The notes below the pieces were generated by a model that was not told the origin of the DNA, did not search any database, and saw only the letters and a program-made list of their open reading frames with translations. Of a stretch of DNA of 64,000 nucleotides, positions 42,485 to 54,400 are shown one piece after another. The DNA comes from Octopus vulgaris (lineage: Eukaryota), in NCBI GenBank assembly GCA_951406725.2, contig OX597819.1, positions 70,494,001-70,558,000 of the forward strand. Direction: 5' to 3'. Position numbers and translations under genes: made by a program. Every line of letters begins with the position of its first letter. The first letter of the stretch is position 1.

Positions 42485-45400
42485 CGACCTTTGGCCTACA
42501 CGTGAACTGTCAAACAGTATTTAATACAAACTAAGGGACAAATATGCCACAAATATTAAAGATAAGAGGAAGATTTTACAACAGGATATTAATAATAATA
42601 ATAATAAAGGAAGAAATATTCAAACATGTTAACTCTATGTCAGAAGTATATTTTTTGTTTTATTTAACATAAATATTGTCGTTGCTGTTTCCTGAGCTGT
42701 CTAGACTTGTGGGGGTGTAGGCGGGGCTTATATTGATTGATTTTTCCAGCTATGCTTTACAGAAAAGGAATTTATATATCATCATCATCATCATCGTTGT
42801 CGTTTAATGTCTGCTTTCCATGCTGGCATGGGTTAGATGGTTTGACTGAGGACTGGTGAGCCAGAAGGCTGCACCAGGCTCAATCTGATCTGGCAAAGTT
42901 TCTACAGCTTGATGCCCTTCCTAATGTCAACCACTCCGAGAGTGTAGTGGGTGCTTTTACGTACCACCGGCATGAGGGACAGTCAGGCAGTTCTGGCAAC
43001 AACCATGCTTAACTGGTGTTTTTTATGTGCTACATGCATGGGAGACAGTCTGATGGCATTGGCAACGATCACACTCGAATGTTGTTTTTCACATGCCACC
43101 AGCACATGTGCCAGTAAGGCAATGCTGGCAATATATATATATATCATTGTTATCATTTTAATATTCACTTTCCCATGCTTGCATTGGTCAGATGGAATTT
43201 ATTGAAGCAGGTTTTCTCCAGCCCTATGCCATCTTGCTGCCAGCACTCACCTGTTTCTAAGCAAAGTGATGTTTCCCCATGGCCAGACATGCTTTCATAG
43301 AATACTGGAAATGAAAGACACTACTTGTATGACAGTGACACTCATTTACAGCTATCACATATCAAGATTAAGAGATGCAAACACACATGTGCACACACAT
43401 GCACACACACAAACACACACACACGCATGCAAATAATTACTCTTTTACATGTTTCAGTCATTTGACTGCAGCCATGCTGGAGCACCACCTTTAGTCGAAC
43501 AAATCATCTCCAGGACTTATTCTTTGTAAGCTTTAGTACTTATTCTATTGGTCTCTTTTGCCAAACCACTAAGTTTTAGGGACATAAACACACCAACATC
43601 GGTTGTCCTACAATGGTGGGAGGACAAACACAGAGATAAAGACACACACATACATATGATGGGCTTGTTTCAGCTTCCATCTACCAAATCCATTCACAAT
43701 GCTTTGGTTGGCTTCAGGCTATAGTAGTAGAACACTTACCCAAGGTGCCATGCAGAGGGACTGAACTCAGAACCATGTGGTTGGGAAGCAAGTTTCTTAC
43801 CACACAGCCACACCTGCACATACACACACACAAACACAACAGGCTTCTTTCAATCTGTTTAACCAAATCCACCTACAAGACTTTAGCCAGTCAGGGGCTG
43901 TTGTAGAAGACACTTGCCCAGTGGGACCACCCCCAGAACCATATAGTCAGGAAGCAAACTTCTTGAAACACACAGCCATACTTGCATCTGTTTAAGAACA
44001 AAATTACTGACATCAATTCATTTGACTAAAACCTTTCAAGGCGGTGCCCCAGCATGGCCTCAGTCCAAAGACTGAAACAAATAAAAATAAAATAAAATAA
44101 AAATATTTTATAAAAATAAAATAAGGAATGTATATATATATATATATATATATATACCTAAAAAAATATATATATTTACCTCAAAATATATATACATATA
44201 TACATTTGCTTCTGTCGCCGATCTGGCTCCCGTGCCAGTGGAACAAAAAGCACCATCCAAATGTGGTCAATGCCAGCCAATTCACCCCGTCTGGCTTCTG
44301 CGCCAGTGGCATGTAAAAAGCACCCACTACACTCTCGGCTCTCGGAGTGGTTGGCGTTAGGAAGGGCCATTCAGCTGTAGAAACATTGCCAGATCAGATT
44401 GGAGACTGGTGCAGCCTCCTGGCTTGCCAGACCCCTGTCAAACCATCCAACCCATGCCAGCATGGAAAACGGACGTTAAACGATGATGATGATATATATT
44501 TACCTCAAAATATCGCATCAGATAATGTCATTTATAAATATGGTTTTGTCGTAGATTTATCATGTTACACACACATTTATGCGATTGTTTACAAGCAAAG
44601 TCAACAAGACAAACAGGAAATATTTGAGTTCCTTTCATCAATCATTTAACCAGATGCCAGTCTCTCATGCTGTTCAGGGTATTCTAAATATACTTATGGA
44701 TATACTTCAATATACACAAACCACTTAAGAACAGCGGTGATTGATCACCAAATCAGACAGCCAACCGAATCGTGAATAAACCTTCTTTTATCTTTTACTT
44801 GTTTCAGTCATTAGACTGTGGCCATGCTGGGGCACAGCTTTGAGGAACTGTTTTAGCTGAACGAATTGATGTCAGTATTTATTTCTGTTCTTAAGCCTGG
44901 TATTTATTCTGTCAGTCTCTTTTGCCAAACTGCTAAGTTATGGGGACGTAAACACACCAACACCAGTTGCCATGTGGTGGTGGGGAGCAAAAACACACAC
45001 ACACACACACAAAAATATGCGATGGGCTTCTTTCAGTTTCTCTCTACCAAATCTACTCACAAGACTTTGGTCAGCCCAAGGCAATAATAGAAGACACTTG
45101 CCCAAGGTGCGACACAGTGGAACTGAACCGAGAACCATGTAGATGGGTTGGGCAGTAAACTTCCAACCACACAGCCATGCCTTAAATATTGCTTTTCTAT
45201 GGATGGACATGGCCATTAATATTTATTTTACCCTTGTCCTACAAGAGAGATGAAAGGCAAAGATGGATCCAGTTAGATTTGAACTCAGACTAGGACAAAA
45301 CTAAGTACTAGGATGTCCTTCAAGGTCCATCTGTTGGGTAGATGTCAGCCATAGAACTGTTGACTCTAACGGAATTTTAGAGGCACCATGGCCTATGTGG

Positions 45401-48400
45401 AAAATATTGGGGGCAACACATTCAATGTAAAGAATACTGAAGTCCATCGTCGTCATCATCATCATCAGCGTCATCAGTTTGACATTCACTTTTCCATGGT
45501 TGCATGAATCGGATGGAATTTGTTGAGGTAGATTTTCTATGGCTGGATGCCCTTCCTGTCGCCAACTTTCACCTGTTCCCATGATATTTCCCCATGGCCA
45601 GACATGTTTCTAAGGATGATTACAAACAAAGCACCCAGCTTACATGACAGTGACATCCATACTTGTTTACAACTGTCACTTGAAGTGAAGGGCAAAAAGA
45701 CAATAGCATGCCGCACGCTTACACACATGCACTGCGTGTGCATGCATGCATACACACACACACACACACACACACACTCTCTCTCTCTCTCACTCTTACC
45801 TTCCCTCTCCCACCGCTCTCTTCTCCCCACCCCTCTCTCTCTGAAGGCAAAGTTGATCTGGACAAGATTTGAATTCAGAACATGTGTAAAAAGCTGCAGC
45901 AAACAGTACACAGCATTCCTTCTGAAGCTTTGGTGACTCTATCAGCTTGCTGCCTTTACTTCTATCTGCCAAGGTTGGCTTTGCCTTTTGGCTTTTCGGG
46001 GGCGGGGGAGGGAGGGTCAATAAAATAAGTACCAGTCACGCATTGGAGAAGAAGTGTTTCCTTTTCGAGCCATGCCAGGCTCATGAGGGTCAGTTTCCAT
46101 GGCATATATATTCCCCCGCCTCTGGACAGGATACCGGCCCGTCGCAGGATTAGTCCATTTTACCAGCTGAATGGACTGGAGCAACGTGAAATGTGTCTTG
46201 CTCAAGGACACAATACATTGCCTGGTCCAGGAATTGAAACCACAATCTTATGATCATGAGTCCAACACCTTAACCACTAAGCCACATGCCTCCACAGTCA
46301 GGCATTGGGGTCAATGTAATGAACATATAACCCCTTCCACAAACTTGCAAGCCTTGTGCTAAAATTTAAAACAATAATAATAATAATAATAATAATTAAT
46401 TAATTAATCAGTTAATTAATTATAATGAAATGTGTTTATTTATGGTAGCTACATTTTGTTAAAATTCTTGTAATATTATGTCTATTAGAAATGAAACTAG
46501 GTCTAACAACACATGTTCAAGTACTTGTCAGACAACCTCTGCTGTGTCTATCATTCCTCTTCTCAGAAAAAAAAAAGAATGGTAAATACCAAGAATTACA
46601 GCATAAATGGTGAATACCAAGAGCTACAGCATAAATCAGCTGAAAGTTTCAAAGAGCAAAAAATTAAAGGACAGAAAAGAAAATGCCAAATTAAGAACAA
46701 CAGTTGAAATGTTCTAACTTTAAATGTTTTGAACTAATTTCCCACTTTAAACTGACAGTTTTGCTAATTAAACATCTCAAATTGTTCCTACTTAATCCAC
46801 ACCAAAGGTTAAGGTAATGAGAGTTAATTACCAAGTTATAATGATCAACCTAAGCATTATTTAACTAATTTTGACTCTAGTATTTCTAGAAATGCTTATC
46901 ATTTAAAATTACATTGCTTTGAGAAAATCGTGCTAAATTGAAATTACATTTTAATTAAAAATGTAATATTTTTATCTCTGTATATCGTTTAAAATTTCTC
47001 TTTTACTCGTTCCCACCGATGGGCCGCAGCCATGCTGGGGCACCTCCTCGAAAGATTTAGTTGAACAAATTGACCCTGTACTTTTACATCTCTTTCCCTG
47101 AATTTCTAGGTTACAGGGATATGAACAAACCAGCACCAATTCTCAAACAGTGGGAGGACAAACATAAAGACATATGACACACACACACACACACAATCCT
47201 CATCATCATTTAACATCTATTTTTGATGCTGGCATGGGTCAGCTGGTTTGACAGGATCAGGTGTGCTGAGCCCCAGTGCCAGCCCCAGCATGTTTTCTAT
47301 GGCTGGATGCCTGGGCAGTGGCGGGGGAGTAGTTTTAGGGTTAGGGAAGGGCTTTACGCCAGATACTGAGAGGTTAAAGTATGATAGAGCAACAAGCACA
47401 GGTGTCTTGCTATGGAGGGGATACGTGGCTACCCCACATTATATAAGGATGGACAGCGGTAGCTGGGGAGAATATGAAGGTAATTGTGAGAGGAGGGGGA
47501 AGCCAAAAGGAGTATGGTCAGTGGATCAGGGAAGGGAAATATCTGGATGAAGAAGGGGTGAGGTGAGAGAGATAGAAGTGGGTTCAGGGAGGTGGGGGTA
47601 GATCAGAAGTTAATGGGGATGATGTGCAAGGTGTAGAAGCACTGGAGAGGGAGATGTGGTGGTGGGGAGGGTAGATAAGGGTGTCTGCAATGAGTGGGTC
47701 ATGGTGGTGGATATGGAGAGGTGGTGAGAATGATTACAGGCATGTGAGGTGAGGTGATAAGATGGGAGTATGACAGAGGAAAGAACCGGCTGAAGGCAAA
47801 GGAGGAGATGATATGTGGGAAGGGAAGTGAGGGGGTAATGAGAATAAAAGGTGGAAGGTTCTAGCCAGGATGGAGCTAACTGGTTGTGCAAAGAAATAGG
47901 GACGAGCAGTTTGTACTGATTCTGCTCTAAAGTGATTACAGCTGTCAAGTAGTGCCATAGACAGAGGAGTGATGGAGGGTTAGGTGTTAGGGGCCCCATG
48001 TCTGAAATATTTGCTGTAAACATTTTTGCCTTGGGGAAAATTTGCTGTAGGAAATTTCACCATAAAGGTGGCACAAAATCAGAGTGCAAACTAGAGAACA
48101 CATTATCATCATTGTTTAACGTCCGTTTTCCATGCTGACATGGGTTGGATGATTTGACTGGGGTCTGGAAAGCCAAGAGGTCGCACCAAGCACCAGTCTG
48201 ATCTGGCAATGTCTCTACAGCTGGATGCCCTTCCTAACGCCTACTCAAGAATGTAGTGGGTGCTTTTTATGTGCCACCAGCATAGTGGCCAGAGGCTGCT
48301 GGCATTGACCACAATCAGATGGTGCTGTTTATGTGCCACCAGCACGGGGACCTGTCAAGGAGGTGCTGGCATTGGCCACGTTTGGATGGTGCTTTTTACA

Positions 48401-51400
48401 TGCCACTGGCATAATCTATTATTTTTTTTATGCTGAATTTTCCTCTGTTTACAGCAAAATTAGGGGCAGAGGGTGTGGGGAAATATTTAACAGAGCAGAA
48501 TGAATTACAAGCCCTAAAGCTTCCTCATAGTTCACTCATAAGGCATTAGTTGGCCCCAGGGCTATAGTAGAGGATGCTTACCCAAAATGCTGCACAATGA
48601 GACTGAACCTGAAACCATGTGGTTACAAAGCAAGCTCTTTAACCACACAGCCATACTCATTTTTTTGTTTCATTTTTTTTTTACTCATTTTATTTCTTTG
48701 TAATTATATTTGATTTTTTTTTCTTTTTTCCTTTGTGTTTCTTCTTCTCCAGATCCACATAATAGAGCTGGGACCTTACAAACATGGCAATTTTGCTCCT
48801 CGGAACAGTTACACAGAAATTCAGTTTACAGATGATACAGAACGTTATGACTTCCCCATCTCCATACAGGTATGCAAATGGTCTTACATTTATTTATTCT
48901 GCTTTTTTATTTCCTTTTTGTTAAGGTGGCGAGCTGGCAGAATCGTCAGCATGGCAGACAAAATGCTTAACAGCATTTAGTTCGTCTGTACGTTCTGAGT
49001 TCAAATTCCACCAAGGTCGACTTTGCCTGTCGTCATTTCGAGACCAATAAATTAAGTACTAGTTGTGTACTGGGGTTGATCTAATCGACTGGCTCCCTTC
49101 CCCCTAAATTTCAGGCTTTGTGCCTATAATAGAAAGGACTATTTATTCCTTTTTGTGTTCCATTCCAAACGCTGTGGCCATGCTGGGGCACTGCCATCTG
49201 ACAATGAACATTGCCTCCCTAGCAGGGAATCTAACCCTAGTCTCTCACATGACAGGCAGGAATATTTACCACTATACTACTGAGGACCAGTTATTTATTT
49301 CTGTTCACTTTTATACCAGCAGCTCGTTATTTCTTTATTAATGACACAGTATCTGTCAGTTCAAGTACTTATACACTAGTGACCATATATAGTCATCAGT
49401 TCAAATCTTGTTAAAGGCTAATGTGTTGTGTGGAGGCACATGGCCTAGTCGTAAGAGCAGTGGACTCGCGATTGAGGAATTGCGGGTTCGAATCTCAGAC
49501 TGAGTGATGTGTGTGTTTATGAGCGAAACACCTAAGCTCCAGAAGGCTCTGGCAGAAGGTAATGGCGAACTTCTGCTGACTCTTTTGCCACAACTTTCTC
49601 TTGCTATTTCCTCCTGCATCTAGCCACTCACCTGTGATGGACCGGCATCCCATCCAGGTGGGAAACTTATATGCCAACGAAACCGGGATACCAGCCCTTA
49701 TGAGCCAGGCATCCAATACAATCTGTTAATGGTATCCGTCAAGAAGGGCATCCAGCTGCAGAATCCAAAGCAAATGACCTGTATAAGCTCCTAGTGTTTT
49801 TGGAGTAGTAATTCTCGTTGATAGGAGACTCAAACTGTAATGACCTGCCCAATCCATGTTAGTATGGAAAATCCAGGTAAACTGATGACATTGATGACGG
49901 CAATGGCATTGGGGCCAATGTATTGAAACCCAACTCATATGACCATGAAAACAGGGAATGTTAAACCAATGTCTAGATAGAGTGAATATTTCCCAAGAAT
50001 ATAGCATTTCATTTCCAAAGGACAGGCTTTCCAACACAAATTCAGTGCTTACAGTGGGAATAACTTAATGGTATGATAAAAATTGATAATAAAAGATAAA
50101 GCGTGAAGGCTGTATTAGTTAATGATACAGTAAATGAGTTACTAATCCCAATATAAACCAAACCAAGACCTACTTAAGTCTTTTTATTTCAGTTATAGAT
50201 TGTCGATCGCTAAACTTCTTTTAGTCAGCTTAGTTTTAAAGTCGCTACCAGATTGGATTGGCTTAAAGTCTAAAAAGCTTATGTCAAAGGAAAACGGCCA
50301 AATTTTGAAGCATTAAGAAATAGTCTTTAAAGAGTTGTCTCCCTTAGACGAAGGAAGCACTAAAATTATAAATACAATCTTCTATGTAAAGGAGCTTGGA
50401 GAAATTTAATAATAATAACAATACTTTTTGAGGAGGGGTTGATCGATCAACTAGTACCTATTTTATTGACTCCACCAAAATGAAAGGCAAAGTCGACTTT
50501 GGCAGAATTTGAACTCTGCACTTTACAAAGTGTACTGAGTGCTTTTTAAGTGGCACCATCACCACAACATTTCAAGTGGCACCAGCCCAGATGCATTTCA
50601 CATGGCATCAGCACAGGGGTGCTTTTTACCTGTCACCAGCACGGGTTCTTTTATGTGGCACCAACATGGGTGCTGTATGTCCATCGTTTTTTAATATTGT
50701 AGGCTATGACTTGAAAGAAAATTGGTTGCTATATCTAGCAAGCTGAGTAACCATGTAGAGGTTCCCTCTTTGGCTCACATAAAGAACTGTTTATGGTCAA
50801 ATCGAAGCGTAGGTTCCCATCCCCCACAAATAATAATCATATTTCTGCAATTCAGATTCTTTACTTATTTATAAATAATAAAACGTTAACTATTATACAT
50901 TTAAAAACAGTATTTTTCTTCTTTATAATGCGGTTCCAACTGCAATGACCAAGTTGTTATGAGAAAAGAGTTTTAACTGATTTTGGAAGTTGTGTGTATT
51001 GTTGTGTTTAGAAAAGTTATCTCCCCTTACCAACAAAGTAAAGCAGGAAAACCAAGGACGAACACCTTGGAGTTAATTACTATATTTATTTTTATTGTTA
51101 CATATATTTTTCCATGTTTGCATCGTGAAGGGTAGAAAATATGTTTGTATTTCTAGGCCTGCTTACCTTCTGACAGTACTCGATGATAATGAAAGACTTC
51201 TAGTTATGGCCGTATCCTCACTAATATGGTTGTCTTGTCTTCACGGTGTACTGGTAGATGTTACATTTGCTACACACCAGAGACAGCATCCAATAAGACC
51301 ACAGCATTGTCCCTACTCCACTGATGACCTTCAAAAATAGAAAAGGCTGTAATCTACATAATAATAATAATAATAATAATAATAATCCTTTCTACTAAAG

Positions 51401-54400
51401 CCACAAGGCCTGAAATTTTGGAGGCAGGGGTCTAGTTGATTACATTGACCCCAGTGTTTAACTGGTACTTAATTCATCGACCCTGAAAGGACCAAAGCTC
51501 ATTCTACGCCAGGAGTGGTATTGGTGAATTTTAGAAAGCATGGAATTTTTGAGGGATGTATTTTCCTGGCACTTAACTCATGATGCGGAGAGATAATCCA
51601 TACTTTGACAATTCTGGGTGTGAAAAAAAAATATTTCCAAAAGTCATGGGTGTGTACACTCGCATAGCTAGGAGGAGGGTGGTACTTTTGGGTTTGCCAT
51701 AGGTGATATGTATTTTTTGTGGGGTCCAGGGTTGGAAAACGAAAGGGCGACCCTGAGCGGCACATATGCTTGCTAGTGGGTATCTATAGTTCAGTGTCAG
51801 AAATAGGAACCAGACCATTAGGGTATGCTGTTAAGGATGACAGGTATTTGTGTCTAGTGGATAAAAGATATATTCCTCTTTCATTCACTCGACAACTTCA
51901 AATCTTTCCATGACCTATTTGCTTAAGGCTAAAATACAAAAACTTAACATGAATTTAGCTTGTTTATTCATTATTTAACATCCATATTTCCATGCTTGCA
52001 TGGGTCTGATGGAATCTGTTGAGGCCGAATTTCTCTGGCTGGATGCTCTTTCTGATGCCAACCTTTACCTGTTTCCAAGTAAGGTTATATTATTCCCATG
52101 GCTAGACATTTTTACAGAAAACTGGAAATGAAGGACACTGCTTGTAAGACAGTGGTACTCATTTACAACAACATGATGTCAATACAAGAGTATACACACA
52201 CACACACAATATACACCTGGCTTCTTTCAGTTTCTTCCTTCCAAATCTACTTAGAAGGCTTTGGTTGGTAGGGTATTATAGTAGAAATTCCAATTTGGTT
52301 AAATGTGCCCCTTGTCAAGATTTCATTTTGGCTTTCTCCTTTTTTCCATACCATTTTACTTCAATTTATATTCACACACACATTTAGATGCTTAGACTCT
52401 TAATACAAATGTTCAAAATGTTTGCTTCAGGTCAGTGAAGAATATGGCCTTCTCTACATGGTGACCAAATATGGTTACCTTTACCTGTGCGACATGGAAA
52501 CTGCAGCTTGTCTTTGTGTCACCAGAGTATCAATTGACATCGTCTTCACTTCAACGCTCAACAGCATCTCTCAAGGAATTTTGGGGGTCACGCGGACAGG
52601 AAGGGTAAAGTTAACATTTGTTTCTTCCCTCTTTTTCCATTTGCTTTTGTTCATTGATTTGTCGGTTGGTTGGGATCTTCATGTACTTTATACACAGAAA
52701 ATAGCAATATCATACACCATCATTTAATGTCTTTGTTTCATGGGTTGGATTCTTCGACAGGATCCAACCGGCCCAAGAACTGCCTTGTTGCTCCACTGAC
52801 TACTTTGGCATAGTTTCTGTAGCTGGATGTGTTGAAAGTGTAATTCTTACTTGGGCCTTGAGTAGAAAGAAAGGACCCCCTTAGGTCGTGAATGACCAGG
52901 GGATTGCACTTAGAAAGTTCCCCTCTGTGGCACAAGCCCAGGCAAGGTTGTTTATGGAAGGCCAGCAACTGCCCATGCATTCCAGCCTCCCCTCTCCATG
53001 GCACCTTGTTATCCAAAGGAAAGACAAAAGGGCCGATACAGCTTGGCACCAGTGATGTTGCAACTCATTTCTATAACTGAGTGAACTGGAGCAATGTGAA
53101 ATAAAGTGTCTTGCTCATGAACACAATACACAGCTCAATTTAGGAATTGAAATCATTACCTCATCATTATGAGCCCAATGCTCTAAATTGAACACTAGAC
53201 TAATAAAATATAACCCACTGAATTCCATTGAAGAAGAAAAGAACTTGTTTTATTTGGAGAAGAGATTTATTATAACAATCGGGGAAAAACAAAACTGTCT
53301 GATTGGCAAAAACCAGATCAAGAATGCACGCAAGAAAGAGAGACTCACTTCCATGGATGCAACAGGCTGAATGCTATGTTCACATAAGAAAAGACTATTG
53401 GCTGTGTTATCCCTTAGAGCAGTGGTTCCCAAAGTGAGTGGGATTGCCCCCTTGGGGGGTGGGGGTGGAAAGTTCCAAGGGGGCATTGAAGAAAAGTGGG
53501 CCAATAATGGGGTGGTGATTCATGTAAAACAAAATAATGGGTTCATTAGGTTAAGTTTTATTTGTGAAGTACAGTTGCTTTGAATTTGCTTCAGAAAGAG
53601 GTCTGTGTTTGTGATGGTTAGTTGGGGTGGGGGCGCTAAGAAATTGGCTTGGGTGTCAAATGGGTGGCAGTTCAAAAATGTTTGGGAACCACTGCCTTAG
53701 ATGATGCCTTTCTAAACAACACAATTTTTACAACATATATTGGGCTATTTTCTTGTCACCTGTACAGGTGAGGTTGCTATGCTGCTTACAAGACTATGAA
53801 CCCTGGGTGAAGTAGCTTTATGCTTAGAGACAAAGGGGTCAAAGCAAAACAGATTACTTGCTGTTGAAGGGCCACATAGCTATTCACATTTTAGAAGAGA
53901 GGGTGGAAGTGATTGGGCTGGGGCAAGGAAGGGATATAAATAACAGAGAGTGGGGTGGCATTTGTGTGAGCCCTCAAGTTTTGAGTAAGTAGAAGTAAAA
54001 GGGCACAAAAGAACTGGGGATGTGGGTGGAGGTTGGAAGAGTGTACGAGAGAGTGAGAGATGGAGAATAAGTGAGGAATGTGTGAATATAACTAATAAAG
54101 AACAAGTGTTGAGTGGATGTTACAGTTTTTCATAAGTTCTTGTGCGTTGGTATGTTTATCTGTGTGTATGTATGCACATACATGCAAGTATGCTTATATG
54201 CATGTTCACCAAGGTAGTGAACAAAAGCCCACACCTGGAATTGCAACCTAGTTTTAATTCACCTTTTGAAACCAATTTCCTTTCTACAGTCCTATATTAA
54301 ACAGACAAGGAATTATTTACATTTGACGGATATTTGTCCTCATCTTGTTTGTTGTTAACACGACGTTTCGGCTGGTATACCCTCCAGCCTTCATCAGGTG

